Assembly: GCA_029865675.1 (NCBI GenBank)
Contig: JARXAU010000056.1
Span: 1 to 41,140 of the forward strand
DNA: 41,140 nt
Direction: 5' to 3'
Origin: Rhodoferax sp.
Lineage (GTDB): Bacteria; Pseudomonadota; Gammaproteobacteria; Burkholderiales; Burkholderiaceae_C
Part shown: piece after piece, positions 29,692 through 41,140 of the stretch
How positions within the stretch are numbered: position 1 is the first letter of the stretch
How the letters are laid out: each line of letters opens with the position of its first letter
Made by a program: the position numbers and the translations under genes
Notes under the pieces: model-generated
The model's input: the letters and a program-made list of their open reading frames with translations, nothing else
The model's database searches: none
Told to the model about the DNA's origin: nothing

Positions 29692-30594
29692 ATGAACCGT
29701 ATCGGATTGGTTTTATCGTCGTTGTTGGTGCTTTTGGTGCTGGCAAGTTCTACCCTTTTCGTAGTGGACCAGCGCCAATTTGGCGTGGTTTACGCTCTTG
29801 GACAAATCAAGGAAGTCATTACGGAGCCCGGCCTCAACTGGAAGCTGCCGCCGCCGTTTCAAAACGTGTCCTACATCGACAAACGCCTTTTGACCCTTGA
29901 CAGTACCGACGCCGAGCCCATGCTCACCGCCGAGAAGCAGCGGGTGGTGATCGACTGGTTTGTGCGGTGGCGTATTTCTGAGCCCTCGGACTACATTCGT
30001 AACGTGGGCTTGAATGAAGCGGCCGGGGCTAGCCAGCTCAACCGCGTGGTACGAAATGCCTTCCAAGAGGCAATCAACAAGCGCACCGTCAAAGAGTTGC
30101 TGTCCTTGAAGCGGGACGCGCTGATGGCCGACGTCAAAACTGAAGTGCTGGCCAAGGTACGTGGCGCCAAACCCTGGGGTGTAGACGTGGTGGATGTGCG
30201 CATCACCCGCGTGGACTATGTGGAGGCGATTACCGAGTCGGTCTACCGCCGCATGGAGGCCGAGCGCAAGCGCGTGGCCAATGAACTGCGTTCCACTGGC
30301 GCGGCCGAGGGTGAAAAAATCCGTGCCGATGCCGACCGCCAGCGCGAGGTGACGATTGCCAATGCCTACCGTGATGCGCAAAAAATTAAAGGTGAGGGCG
30401 ATGCCGAAGCTGCCCGCATTTACGCTGAAGCTTTTAACCGTGACCCGCAATTCGCCCAGTTTTACCGAAGCCTTGAAGCCTACAAAACCAGTTTTGCAAA
30501 CAAGACCGACGTGATGGTGGTGGATCCCTCGTCGAGCGAGTTTTTCAAGATATTCCGCGGCGGTGGTGCGGTGGTGGGTGGCGCCAAGAAGTAG
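29692..30594 (+). CDS. hflC: FtsH protease modulator HflC
   Basis: N-terminal TM, EPGLNWKLP, YRRMEAER, GEGDAEA and FYRSLEAY. Confidence 0.96.
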   Translation: MNRIGLVLSSLLVLLVLASSTLFVVDQRQFGVVYALGQIKEVITEPGLNWKLPPPFQNVSYIDKRLLTLDSTDAEPMLTAEKQRVVIDWFVRWRISEPSDYIRNVGLNEAAGASQLNRVVRNAFQEAINKRTVKELLSLKRDALMADVKTEVLAKVRGAKPWGVDVVDVRITRVDYVEAITESVYRRMEAERKRVANELRSTGAAEGEKIRADADRQREVTIANAYRDAQKIKGEGDAEAARIYAEAFNRDPQFAQFYRSLEAYKTSFANKTDVMVVDPSSSEFFKIFRGGGAVVGGAKK

Positions 30595-30605
30595 ATTCTG
30601 ACTCG

Positions 30606-30638
30606 GCGCGCCTGACTGCTCGGGCGCGCGCACTTTAT
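30606..30638 (+). terminator. Possible terminator hairpin after hflC
   Basis: 10-bp stem GCGCGCCTGA/TCGGGCGCGC (one G-U pair) with a 4-nt loop, followed by only a weak T tract. Confidence 0.4.
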
Positions 30639-30688
30639 ACCGGCAACCGGCCCGGTAAAATCTCGTTTTTAACAAACCCCCTTATTTC

Positions 30689-31837
30689 ATGTCCGCTTGG
30701 GTCCTTCCGGATCATATTGCCGATGTGCTGCCGTCCGAGGCGCGCCACATTGAAGAAATCCGACGTAACTTGCTGGACACAGCGCGCCGCTACGGCTACG
30801 AACTCGTCATGCCGCCCTTGCTGGAGCACCTTGAGTCCTTGTTGACGGGAACAGGTGAAGCCCTGGACCTGCAAACCTTCAAACTGGTAGACCAAATTTC
30901 GGGCCGCATGATGGGCCTGCGCGCCGACAGCACGCCGCAGGTGGCGCGCATTGACGCCCATTTGCTCAACCGCAAGGGCGTGGCTCGCTTGTCCTACTGC
31001 GGTCCGGTGTTGCACACCCGTCCCGCTGCACCCCACGCCAGCCGCGAGCCGCTGCAATTGGGCGCAGAAATCTACGGCCACGCTGGCTTGGAAGCCGATC
31101 TGGAAATTTTGGAGCTGGCGCTGGATAGCCTAGGCGCGGCACATGTGGGGGCGCTGACGGTGGACTTGGGCGATGTTCGTATCGTTAATGCCTTGCTGGC
31201 GCAAACCGCGCTCACGCCCGCCCAAACCGCCGAGGTGCACGCTGCACTGGCTACCAAGGACATCAGCGCCTTGGCCCAACTCACGGCGCAGGCATCCACC
31301 GACATTTCCCGCGCGCTGCAGCAGCTCACACAACTCTACGGCGACGCCACCCTATTGGAAGAGGCGCGCCGCGTGCTGCCGCCGCTGCCAACTATCCACG
31401 CCGCGCTGGACCAGCTCCAATGGTTAGCGGGTCATATTCAGGGCGCCAGCGTGGCTTTTGACTTGGCTGATTTACGCGGCTATGCCTATTACAGCGGTGC
31501 GCGTTTTGCGGTCTACGCAGCAGGTGCGCCAGACGCCTTGGTGCGCGGTGGGCGGTATGACGCGGTGGGTTCGGTCTTTGGACGCAAGCGCCCGGCTGTG
31601 GGCTTTAGCCTGGACATCAAAGCCTTGGTGGCCGTGGCCAGCCCCGCTGCGCTGCGGGCTGCAATCCGCGCGCCCTGGGGTGAGGGCCAGGCCCTGCGCG
31701 AGGCGATTGCCGCCCTGCGCGCAGCAGGTGAAACCGTGGTCTGCGTCTTGCCCGGCCACGAAAGCGAAGTTGACGAATTCCAATGTGACCGCGAACTGGT
31801 GCAGCGTGACGCTGCCTGGTGCGTCACGGCCCTTTAA
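30689..31837 (+). CDS. hisZ: ATP phosphoribosyltransferase regulatory subunit
   Basis: HisRS-like paralogue: [32 protein letters not shown] and GGRYD. Directly upstream of purA. Confidence 0.95.
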   Translation: MSAWVLPDHIADVLPSEARHIEEIRRNLLDTARRYGYELVMPPLLEHLESLLTGTGEALDLQTFKLVDQISGRMMGLRADSTPQVARIDAHLLNRKGVARLSYCGPVLHTRPAAPHASREPLQLGAEIYGHAGLEADLEILELALDSLGAAHVGALTVDLGDVRIVNALLAQTALTPAQTAEVHAALATKDISALAQLTAQASTDISRALQQLTQLYGDATLLEEARRVLPPLPTIHAALDQLQWLAGHIQGASVAFDLADLRGYAYYSGARFAVYAAGAPDALVRGGRYDAVGSVFGRKRPAVGFSLDIKALVAVASPAALRAAIRAPWGEGQALREAIAALRAAGETVVCVLPGHESEVDEFQCDRELVQRDAAWCVTAL

Positions 31838-33226
<1,389 letters not shown>

Positions 33227-33252
33227 GCCACACCCAAAGTTAAGGAGCTTTT

Positions 33253-33777
33253 ATGCTTACTGAAGACGGTAAACACCTGTACGTCAGCTACGACGAGTAC
33301 CACAACCTGATTGAAAAGCTGGCCATCAAGGTGTTCCAGTCGGGCTGGGAGTTCGACACGATTTTGTGCCTGGCGCGCGGCGGCATGCGTCCGGGCGACA
33401 TCCTCTCGCGGGTGTTTGACAAGCCGCTGGCCATCATGTCCACCAGCTCTTACCGCTCGGATGCTGGCACGGTGCAGGGCAATCTGGACATTGCCCGCTT
33501 CATCACCACGCCCAAGGGCGAGATTGCAGGCAAAGTGCTGCTGGTAGACGACCTGGCCGACTCGGGCCACACGCTCAACGCCGTGATGCACCAGTTGCGC
33601 AACAACTACACGCCGATTACCGAACTGCGCAGCGCCGTCATCTGGACTAAGGCGCTGTCCACCTTCACGCCCGACTATTCGGTGGAGTTTTTGCCCACCA
33701 ACCCCTGGATACACCAGCCCTTTGAGAGTTACGACGCCTTGCGCCCCCAGCAGTTGATCCAAAAGTGGAGCGTCTGA
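33253..33777 (+). CDS. Type I phosphoribosyltransferase (purine salvage, Gpt/Hpt-like)
   Basis: LARGG loop and PRPP-binding VLLVDDLADSGHTL. Confidence 0.88.
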   Translation: MLTEDGKHLYVSYDEYHNLIEKLAIKVFQSGWEFDTILCLARGGMRPGDILSRVFDKPLAIMSTSSYRSDAGTVQGNLDIARFITTPKGEIAGKVLLVDDLADSGHTLNAVMHQLRNNYTPITELRSAVIWTKALSTFTPDYSVEFLPTNPWIHQPFESYDALRPQQLIQKWSV

Positions 33778-33793
33778 GGCGCCCAGACCTGCT

Positions 33794-35002
33794 ATGCCGC
33801 AACTCAGCACTTCGCTGATTCACCATGCCTACGAGGCGCCGGATGGGTTTGCGGCGCCCCAGCATGCGGTGCACAAGGCGTCCACCGTGTTCTTTCCCAC
33901 GGTTGCCGCCATGCGCAGCCGGGACTGGAAGGGCAAGTCTGCCTACACCTACGGCCTGCACGGCACGCCCACCACCTATGCGCTAGAAGAGCGTCTGTGC
34001 ACCCTGGAGGGCGGCTTGCAGTGCGTGCTGGTGCCCAGCGGTCTGGCAGCCTTGGCTTTAGTGGCACTGGCACTTCTGAAAACCGGCGACGAAGTGCTGC
34101 TGCCAGACAACGCCTACGGTCCGAATAAAGCCCTGGTGGAGGGCGAATTGCGTTCCTGGGGCATCAGCCACCGCTACTACGACGCTATGGATCCGCAGGA
34201 CCTGGCCGCCAAGCTGTCGCCCGCCACCCGCTTGGTGTGGGTGGAGGCGGCGGGCTCTGTCACCCTGGAGTTTCCAGACCTGACCACCTTGGTGCGCATC
34301 AGCAAGCAGCATGGTGCCCTGGTGGCGCTGGACAACACCTGGGGCGCAGGCATTGCCTTCAAGCCCTTTGACCTGGTGCCCGGCGCGCCCGAGGCTTTGG
34401 CGGTGGACATTTCTACCCACGCGCTCACCAAATACCCCAGCGGCGGCGGTGACGTACTGATGGGCAGCGTCATCACCCGCGACCCCGCCTTGCACATGCA
34501 GATCAAGCTGTGCCACATGCGATTAGGCCTGGGCGTGGGGGGCAATGACGCCGAGCTGGTGCTGCGCTCCTTGCCCAGCATCGCCTTGCGCTACTGCGCG
34601 CACGACGAAGCCACCCGCGCCCTGGCCACCTGGTGCCAAACGCAGCCGCAATTTGTGCAGGTGCTGCACCCCGCCTTGGTGGGTTCGCCAGGCCATGAAT
34701 TTTGGAAAGCGCTGTGCGATCGTCCCGACGGCAGTGCGGCGTGCTTGTTCAGCGTGGTAATCGCGCCGCAGTACGCGCAGGCGCAAGTAGATGCCTTTTG
34801 CGATGCGCTGCAGCTGTTCCGCCTGGGGTACAGCTGGGCGGGGCCGATCAGCTTGGTTGTGCCCTATGAGCTGCGCACCATGCGCAGCGCTTGGCCCAAA
34901 GAGATTGCAAAAGGCACTTTGGTGCGTTTTTCGGTGGGCTTGGAAGCGGTGGCCGACTTGCAGGCCGACATCGCCCAGGCCTTGGTGCAGCTCAAGGCTT
35001 AA
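33794..35002 (+). CDS. metC: Cystathionine beta-lyase (PLP-dependent Cys/Met metabolism)
   Basis: ASTVFF, YGLHGTPT, PSGLAA, DNTW, PLP lysine in ALTKYPSG, GYSWAG and RFSVGLE. Confidence 0.88.
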   Translation: MPQLSTSLIHHAYEAPDGFAAPQHAVHKASTVFFPTVAAMRSRDWKGKSAYTYGLHGTPTTYALEERLCTLEGGLQCVLVPSGLAALALVALALLKTGDEVLLPDNAYGPNKALVEGELRSWGISHRYYDAMDPQDLAAKLSPATRLVWVEAAGSVTLEFPDLTTLVRISKQHGALVALDNTWGAGIAFKPFDLVPGAPEALAVDISTHALTKYPSGGGDVLMGSVITRDPALHMQIKLCHMRLGLGVGGNDAELVLRSLPSIALRYCAHDEATRALATWCQTQPQFVQVLHPALVGSPGHEFWKALCDRPDGSAACLFSVVIAPQYAQAQVDAFCDALQLFRLGYSWAGPISLVVPYELRTMRSAWPKEIAKGTLVRFSVGLEAVADLQADIAQALVQLKA

Positions 35003-35514
35003 GGCTTAGCCCAAAGACGCTGGCCCGAGGTTTCCAGGTGCGTGAGGTAGACGCGCACTTCAAACTCCAGTTGGTGGTATTCGGGTTCCATGTGCGTGCA
35101 GAGCTTGTAAAAGGCCTTGTCGTGCGCCCGTTCGCGCAAGTGGGCCAGCTCATGCACCACGATCATGCGCAAAAACTCAGGCGGTGCGTCTTTGAACAGG
35201 CTGGCGATGCGGATCTCGTGCTTGGTTTTTAGGCGCGAACCCTGCACCCGCGCTATGGTGGTGTGCGTGCCCAGAGCGTTTTGCACCATATGCAATTTGC
35301 TGTCAAACGCCACCTTGCTCAAGGGCTCGGCGCCGCGCAAATAGCTGTTTTTGGCGTCTTGTACGTAGTCGTACAAGGCGCGGTCGGTGCGCAGGCCGTG
35401 GCCTTGCGGGTACTTGTGGGTCAGCCACTGCGCCACACGGCCCTGGTCTAGCAGCGCTTGTACCTGCGCGCGGGTGGCTTCCGGGTAGGCCTGCAGGTAG
35501 GGCAGGGGCGTCAC
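34999..35514 (-). CDS. ygjP: YgjP-like HExxH protein (DUF45; UTP pyrophosphatase family)
   Basis: Closely resembles E. coli YgjP: [55 protein letters not shown]. Confidence 0.88.
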   Translation of the reverse strand: MTPLPYLQAYPEATRAQVQALLDQGRVAQWLTHKYPQGHGLRTDRALYDYVQDAKNSYLRGAEPLSKVAFDSKLHMVQNALGTHTTIARVQGSRLKTKHEIRIASLFKDAPPEFLRMIVVHELAHLRERAHDKAFYKLCTHMEPEYHQLEFEVRVYLTHLETSGQRLWAKP

Positions 35515-37058
35515 ACCTCGCGGCGCAGGGCGGGGAACAAGATAACGTCGCGGATGCTGGCGCTGTCGGTCAGCAGCATCATCAGCCGGTCAATGCCGAT
35601 GCCGCAGCCGCCGGTGGGGGGCATGCCGTATTCCAAGGCGCGCACAAAGTCGTGGTCGTAGTACATGGCTTCATCGTCGCCGTTGTCTTTGGCCGCCACC
35701 TGGGCATGAAAGCGAGCCGCCTGGTCTTGCGCGTCGTTCAGCTCGCTAAAGCCGTTGCCGAATTCGCGGCCGGTGATGTAGAGCTCAAAGCGCTCGGTCA
35801 CGCCGGGCTTGGTGTCACTCTCGCGCGCCAGGGGCGAAATTTCTACCGGGTGCTCGCAGATGAATGTGGGCTGCCAGAGCTTGTCTTCCACGGTTTCTTC
35901 AAAGTACAGCACTTGCAGGCTGGCCAGGCTGCGGGTGGACAAATGGTGTTTGGCCTCGGTCATGCCGAGCTTGCGCACCGCGTTGCTCAGCCATTCGGCA
36001 TCGAGCACGCGCTCACCCGCGTCGGTGTATTTCTGGATTGCTTCGATGATGGTCAGGCGTTCAAAAGGCTGGGCCAGATCGACCGGCTTGCCGCCGTAAC
36101 TCATTTGCAGGCTGCCGGTGGCCTTGAGGGCGGCGTCGCGCACCAGGTTCTCGGTGAACGTCATCAGGTCCTGGTAGTTCCAATACGCTGCGTAGAACTC
36201 CATCATGGTGAACTCGGGGTTGTGGCGCACCGAGATGCCTTCGTTGCGGAAGTTGCGGTTGATTTCAAACACCCTATCGAACCCACCCACGATCAGGCGC
36301 TTTAAGTACAGCTCGGGCGCGATGCGCAAGAACATTTGCTGGTCCAGCGCGTTGTGGTGGGTGGTAAACGGTTTGGCGTTAGCGCCGCCGGGAATGGGGT
36401 GCAGCATGGGCGTCTCCACTTCCAAAAAGCCGTGGTGCACCATGAATTCGCGAATGCCGCTGACCGCCTTGCTACGCGCCACAAAGCGCTTGCGCGAGGC
36501 CTCGTCCGTCATCAGGTCGATGTAGCGCTGGCGGTATTTGACTTCTTGGTCGGCGATGCCGTGGAACTTGTCTGGCATGGGCCGCAGGCTCTTGGTCAGC
36601 AGGCGCACGCGGGTGGCGTGGATGGACAGTTCGCCGGTTTTGGTTTTGAACATGCGGCCCTCAGCGGCAACGATGTCACCCAAGTCCCAGTGTTTGAAAT
36701 CTTCGTACAGCGCGTCCCCCACTTCTTCGCCTTTGACGTAGACCTGAATACGCCCCTCGCTGGGGCCAAAAGACGCGTCTTGCAGCGTGCAAAAGCTGGC
36801 CTTGCCCATCACGCGCTTGAGCATCATGCGCCCGGCCACTTGGGTGGTGGCGCCCAGTTCAGCCAGAGCAGCCGCGTCGAGCGCGTCATAGCTGGCAAAC
36901 AATTCTGCCGCCTTGTGGCTGGGTTGGAAGTCGTTGGGAAACGCCACACCCAGGCCAGCAGCCTGGCGCTCGCGCAAGACCTTGAGTTTCTCGCGGCGTT
37001 CGTGAATCAGTTGGTTCTCGTCGTGCGGGGTGGGTGAGTTGGAGTGGGCGTCGGACAT
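35511..37058 (-). CDS. lysS: Lysine--tRNA ligase (class II)
   Basis: [49 protein letters not shown] and [16 protein letters not shown]. Confidence 0.98.
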   Translation of the reverse strand: MSDAHSNSPTPHDENQLIHERREKLKVLRERQAAGLGVAFPNDFQPSHKAAELFASYDALDAAALAELGATTQVAGRMMLKRVMGKASFCTLQDASFGPSEGRIQVYVKGEEVGDALYEDFKHWDLGDIVAAEGRMFKTKTGELSIHATRVRLLTKSLRPMPDKFHGIADQEVKYRQRYIDLMTDEASRKRFVARSKAVSGIREFMVHHGFLEVETPMLHPIPGGANAKPFTTHHNALDQQMFLRIAPELYLKRLIVGGFDRVFEINRNFRNEGISVRHNPEFTMMEFYAAYWNYQDLMTFTENLVRDAALKATGSLQMSYGGKPVDLAQPFERLTIIEAIQKYTDAGERVLDAEWLSNAVRKLGMTEAKHHLSTRSLASLQVLYFEETVEDKLWQPTFICEHPVEISPLARESDTKPGVTERFELYITGREFGNGFSELNDAQDQAARFHAQVAAKDNGDDEAMYYDHDFVRALEYGMPPTGGCGIGIDRLMMLLTDSASIRDVILFPALRREV

Positions 37059-37226
37059 GGGTGGCAATACAAGTCAAGGATCGCCGTGCGTGCACGCAAG
37101 TGCGCGTGCAGCCAAGGGGCGAAACCGGTCATTCTAAGAGGGTGGCTAAAGCTATGATTCGCGCTCTACAGGCCCGCCTGCTGTGTGCCCGGCGCATCTC
37201 ACTTTCCGCAACGCACCCTCCCGCCC

Positions 37227-37796
37227 ATGCTTTACCAGATCATTTCACTCGTGCTCGACGTTGCCGTAGGCTTGGTCTGTGGCACCTGCCTGCTGCGGCT
37301 TTACATGCAGCAGCAGCGCATTCCGATGTCGGCGCGGGCAGGCAACCCGCTGGGGCCGTTTATTTTTGCGCTCACCGACTGGCTGGTTCTGCCCCTGCGG
37401 CGGGTGCTTCCCAAGCTGTGGGCCTTCGACTTGGCAAGCTTGATGGCGGCTTTGCTTTTGCAGTTGGCGCAGCACCTGCTGTTGTGGCTTTTGCAAGGCG
37501 CGGCGCAGAGCCTGGGCGTGGTGGCGGTACTCGCTTTATTCGGCCTGCTGCAGGTGGCCGTGTCGGGGCTGACCGGGCTGTTGATGATTTATGCCTTGTT
37601 GTCCTGGGTGCAAGCGCATTCACCGGTGACGGACTTGCTTGACCGGCTGGTGGCGCCCTTGCTCACTCCCATACGGCGCCACCTGCCACTGATGGGCGGG
37701 GTGGATTTATCACCGCTGGCGCTTTTGGTGCTGCTTCAGGTGGTGGCGCTGCTTACCGGCAATCTGCAAAGCATGGCCTTGGCGGCCGTGGCCTAA
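37227..37796 (+). CDS. yggT: YggT family membrane protein
   Basis: Two YGGT repeats (NPLGPFIFALTDWLVLPLRR; LLSWV..PLLTPIRR..GGVDLSPL). Confidence 0.9.
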   Translation: MLYQIISLVLDVAVGLVCGTCLLRLYMQQQRIPMSARAGNPLGPFIFALTDWLVLPLRRVLPKLWAFDLASLMAALLLQLAQHLLLWLLQGAAQSLGVVAVLALFGLLQVAVSGLTGLLMIYALLSWVQAHSPVTDLLDRLVAPLLTPIRRHLPLMGGVDLSPLALLVLLQVVALLTGNLQSMALAAVA

Positions 37797-37799
37797 AGT

Positions 37800-38672
37800 T
37801 CAGAGCACCGCGTCGCTGGGTTGGCGCTGCAACATGGCCAGTGTCTCCGCCACGGTTTTGCGCAGTTCGCGGCGGTCACAAATGAAATCGATCGCGCCCT
37901 TGGTTTGCAAGAACTCGGCGCGCTGAAAGCCCTCCGGCAAGGTCACCCGCACCGTGGACTCGATGACGCGCGGGCCGGCAAAGCCAATCAAGGCCTTGGG
38001 CTCTGCAATCACCACATCGCCCAAAAAGGCAAAACCCGCGCTCACGCCGCCCATAGTGGGGTCGGTCAGCACGCTGATGTAGGGCAGGCCTTTTTTCGCC
38101 AGCCGGGTCAGCGCAGCGTTGGTTTTGGCCATTTGCATGAGGCTGAGCAAGCCCTCTTGCATGCGCGCGCCGCCGGTGGCGGTAAAGCACAAAAAGGGCA
38201 CTTTTTGTTCGATGGCTGCCTCTACACCGCGCACGAAACGCTCACCGACGACCGAGCCCATGCTGCCGCCCATGAACTCAAACTCAAAGCAGGCGGTCAC
38301 CAGACCCACACCGTGGACCGATCCGCCCATGACGATCAGCGCGTCCGTCTCGCCCGTGTTTTCCAGGGCTTCTTTGAGCCGCTCGGTGTATTTGCGGCTG
38401 TCCTTGAATTTGAGTGCATCAACGGGCAGCACTTCTTGGCCGATCTCAAACCGGCCTTCGTTGTCCAAAAACACATTCAGGCGCGCGCGCGCACCGATGC
38501 GGTGGTGGTGGCTGCAGGTGGGGCAGACGTTCTGGTTTTGCTCCAGATCAGCCTTGTAGAGCACGGTTTCGCAACTAGGGCACTTGATCCACAAGCCCTC
38601 GGGCACCGAGCGGCGGTCGGCCGGGTCGGTTTGCTGGATTTTTGGGGGGAGCAGTTTTTCAAGCCAACTCAT
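37800..38672 (-). CDS. accD: Acetyl-CoA carboxylase carboxyltransferase beta subunit
   Basis: Zn finger [36 protein letters not shown] and GFAGPRVI. Confidence 0.97.
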   Translation of the reverse strand: MSWLEKLLPPKIQQTDPADRRSVPEGLWIKCPSCETVLYKADLEQNQNVCPTCSHHHRIGARARLNVFLDNEGRFEIGQEVLPVDALKFKDSRKYTERLKEALENTGETDALIVMGGSVHGVGLVTACFEFEFMGGSMGSVVGERFVRGVEAAIEQKVPFLCFTATGGARMQEGLLSLMQMAKTNAALTRLAKKGLPYISVLTDPTMGGVSAGFAFLGDVVIAEPKALIGFAGPRVIESTVRVTLPEGFQRAEFLQTKGAIDFICDRRELRKTVAETLAMLQRQPSDAVL

Positions 38673-38725
38673 AGCGTGCCTCTTTGGAATTGAAATGCTG
38701 GTTGCGAAGCCTAGTCTGCCAATAC

Positions 38726-39547
38726 TCAGGCGTCCATGGCGGTGCGCACGCCGAGCAAAAACTGTTCTGCGGTGGCGGCCACCCGCGCGCGGGATTCGTT
38801 TTCGATCAACTGGATGATTTTGCTGCCAATGACGACCGCATCGGCCACCTGGGAAATGGTTTTGGCCGTGGCGCCGTCGCGGATGCCGAAGCCCACACCC
38901 ACGGGCGTTTGGATGTGCTGGCGGATGCGCGGCAGCATGGCTGCTACTGCGTCGGTGTCCAAGGTACCCGCGCCGGTAACGCCCTTGAGCGACACGTAGT
39001 ACACATAGCCCGAGGCCACGCGCGCCACCTGCGCCATGCGCTCGTCGGTGCTGGTAGGCGCCAACAGAAAGATCAGGTCCATCTGGTGCGCGCGCAAGTC
39101 GGCCGCAAAGGCCTCGCATTCTTCGGGCGGGTAGTCCACGATCAGCACGCCGTCCACCCCCGCTTGTGCCGCGTCTTGCACAAAGGGGCTGGAGACGCCG
39201 GCCTGTGCGTGCTTTTGGTCGTAACGTTCTACCGGATTGGCGTAGCCCATCAGCACCACGGGCGTTGTGCTGTTGCTTTGGCGAAACGCGCGCACCATGT
39301 CCAGCACCTGCACCAAGCCAATGCCGAACGACAGCGCCAGATCACCGGCTTTCTGGATCACCGGGCCGTCGGCGCTGGGGTCGGAGAAGGGCACGCCAAG
39401 CTCAATCACGTCGGCGCCGCCCGCCACCATGGCGTGCATCAGCTCGGGCGTTACGTCGGCGTACGGATAGCCGGCCGTGACGAATGGGATTAGCGCCTTT
39501 CGGCCTTGCGCCTTCAGCGCCGCAAAGGTTGCGTCAATGCGGCTCAT
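38726..39547 (-). CDS. trpA: Tryptophan synthase alpha chain
   Basis: [40 protein letters not shown] and ADAVVIGS. Confidence 0.98.
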   Translation of the reverse strand: MSRIDATFAALKAQGRKALIPFVTAGYPYADVTPELMHAMVAGGADVIELGVPFSDPSADGPVIQKAGDLALSFGIGLVQVLDMVRAFRQSNSTTPVVLMGYANPVERYDQKHAQAGVSSPFVQDAAQAGVDGVLIVDYPPEECEAFAADLRAHQMDLIFLLAPTSTDERMAQVARVASGYVYYVSLKGVTGAGTLDTDAVAAMLPRIRQHIQTPVGVGFGIRDGATAKTISQVADAVVIGSKIIQLIENESRARVAATAEQFLLGVRTAMDA

Positions 39548-40899
39548 AGACGCGCCCCCACGCTTGCCACCGCTTCTGCGTGTGCGAGTGCTTCGCTAGT
39601 TTGGGCAAGTGCCTTGGCTTTGACCAAGGTGATGGGTTGCTCACCGCCTTTGACGCCCTGGCCTTGGCAGCTGGGGCGGCAGTAGAAGTCGCCGTTGCTC
39701 AGGTCTGCGACCGTGCCAATGTCCTTGTCGCCACGGCCCGAGAGGTTGACCAAAATCGACTGGTCGGGGCGCATAGTCTTGGCCAGTTGCATGGCGTAGG
39801 CGATGGCGTGGCTGGATTCCAGGGCAGGGATGATGCCTTCGGTGCGGCACAGGTAATGAAAGGCTGCCAATGCGTCTTTGTCGGTGACGCCGACGTACTG
39901 CGCGCGGCCTATATCGCTCAAAAAAGCGTGCTCTGGGCCCACGCCCGGGTAGTCCAGGCCGGCGCTGATGCTGTGCGTCTCCGTCACCTGACCGTTGTCG
40001 TCTTGCAGCACATAGGTGCGGTTGCCGTGCAACACGCCGGCGCTGCCGCGCTGGATGGAGGCCGAATGCTTTCCGCTGTCCAGGCCTTCCCCGGCGGCTT
40101 CCACGCCAATGAGCTGGGTGTTCTCGAAGGGGATGTAGGGGTAAAAAATACCCATGGCGTTGCTGCCGCCGCCCACGCAGGCAATCACCGCGTCAGGCTG
40201 GGTGCTGGCCGCGTGCTGGCGGGCCAGCATGTCGGGCATTTGCGCAATGCATTCGGTGCCAATGATGCTTTGGAAGTCGCGCACCATCATGGGGTAAGGG
40301 TGCGGGCCGGCCACGGTGCCGATGATGTAGAAGGTGTTGTCCACATTGGCCACCCAGTCGCGCATGGCTTCGTTCAGGGCATCCTTCAGGGTGCGGCTGC
40401 CGCTGGTGACAGGCACCACGGTGGCGCCCAAGAGCTTCATGCGGTAGACATTGGGGCTTTGGCGTTTCACGTCTTCGCTGCCCATGTAGACCACGCATTC
40501 CAGGCCGTAGCGGGCGCAAATGGTGGCGGTGGCCACGCCGTGCTGGCCCGCGCCGGTTTCGGCAATCACGCGGGGCTTGCCCATGCGCTTGGCCAGCATG
40601 GCCTGGCCGATGGTGTTGTTGATCTTGTGCGCGCCGGTGTGGTTCAGGTCTTCGCGCTTGAGGTAAATCTGCGCGCCTCCCATCTCACGGCTCATGCGGT
40701 CGGCGTGGTAAATCGGCGAGGGGCGGCCTACAAAATGCGCCAGCTCGGACTTGAATTCGGCCACAAAACCCGGGTCGTTTTGACACTGGGCGTAGGCGTC
40801 TTTGAGTTCGTTGATGGCGTGCGTGAGCGTCTCAGAGACGAAGCTTCCGCCGTATTTGCCAAAGTGGCCTTTGAGGTCCGGTTGTTGATAGGAGTACAT
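39544..40899 (-). CDS. trpB: Tryptophan synthase beta chain
   Basis: [43 protein letters not shown] and NLSGRGDKD. Carries a C-terminal extension. Confidence 0.98.
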   Translation of the reverse strand: MYSYQQPDLKGHFGKYGGSFVSETLTHAINELKDAYAQCQNDPGFVAEFKSELAHFVGRPSPIYHADRMSREMGGAQIYLKREDLNHTGAHKINNTIGQAMLAKRMGKPRVIAETGAGQHGVATATICARYGLECVVYMGSEDVKRQSPNVYRMKLLGATVVPVTSGSRTLKDALNEAMRDWVANVDNTFYIIGTVAGPHPYPMMVRDFQSIIGTECIAQMPDMLARQHAASTQPDAVIACVGGGSNAMGIFYPYIPFENTQLIGVEAAGEGLDSGKHSASIQRGSAGVLHGNRTYVLQDDNGQVTETHSISAGLDYPGVGPEHAFLSDIGRAQYVGVTDKDALAAFHYLCRTEGIIPALESSHAIAYAMQLAKTMRPDQSILVNLSGRGDKDIGTVADLSNGDFYCRPSCQGQGVKGGEQPITLVKAKALAQTSEALAHAEAVASVGARL

Positions 40900-40904
40900 G
40901 GTGT

Positions 40905-41140
40905 TTAAGGCATTCTTGCGAGGCGTTCGTCCGCTGCGCGAACCGCAGCGACAAACTGGTTGATCTTCTCTGGGTCCTTGATGCCCTTAAGGGTTCCACC
41001 CCCCGGTGCATCGGCTTCTATGCCCGAGCTGATATCGACGGTCAGTGATTTACAGCGCGGGCGCAGTTGGGCGATGCCATCGCCCACGTTTGCAGAGTCG
41101 AGTCCACCACTCAAGACGAGGTGAGCGCTGACGTTTGGAG
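40905..41140 (-). CDS. trpF: Phosphoribosylanthranilate isomerase (3' part; 5' end beyond the window)
   Basis: Open to the right edge: [35 protein letters not shown]. Directly upstream of trpB. Confidence 0.92.
   Translation of the reverse strand, partial: PNVSAHLVLSGGLDSANVGDGIAQLRPRCKSLTVDISSGIEADAPGGGTLKGIKDPEKINQFVAAVRAADERLARMP

Overview
GC-rich betaproteobacterial chromosomal segment; gene order and protein sequences look like Comamonadaceae (Rhodoferax-like; this is an inference). Bases 1-8548 hold an accessory sugar-utilisation cluster: a LamB-type porin that the ORF track misses because it runs off the left edge, a MalK-type ATPase, a GH1 beta-glucosidase, two ABC permeases, a solute-binding protein and a divergent LacI regulator. 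The divergent promoter region carries two LacI-type operators flanking a ~25% GC tract. Two orphan ORFs follow (8642-9564). Next is zapE, interrupted by an in-frame TAG right after its Walker A motif. The rest is core genome: hypothetical, yoaA/dinG, bamD, rluD, scpB, rluB, ndk, rlmN, pilW, rodZ, ispG, hisS, yfgM, bamB, der, hfq, hflXKC, hisZ, purA, a phosphoribosyltransferase, metC, ygjP, lysS, yggT, accD, trpA, trpB and partial trpF. I saw no rRNA, tRNA, CRISPR array, integrase or transposase. I found no clear multi-gene novel system. The best leads are the split zapE, the remodelled LamB pore in a beta-glucoside cluster, a structured RNA leader before scpB, and the orphan two-gene unit with a probable leaderless start.
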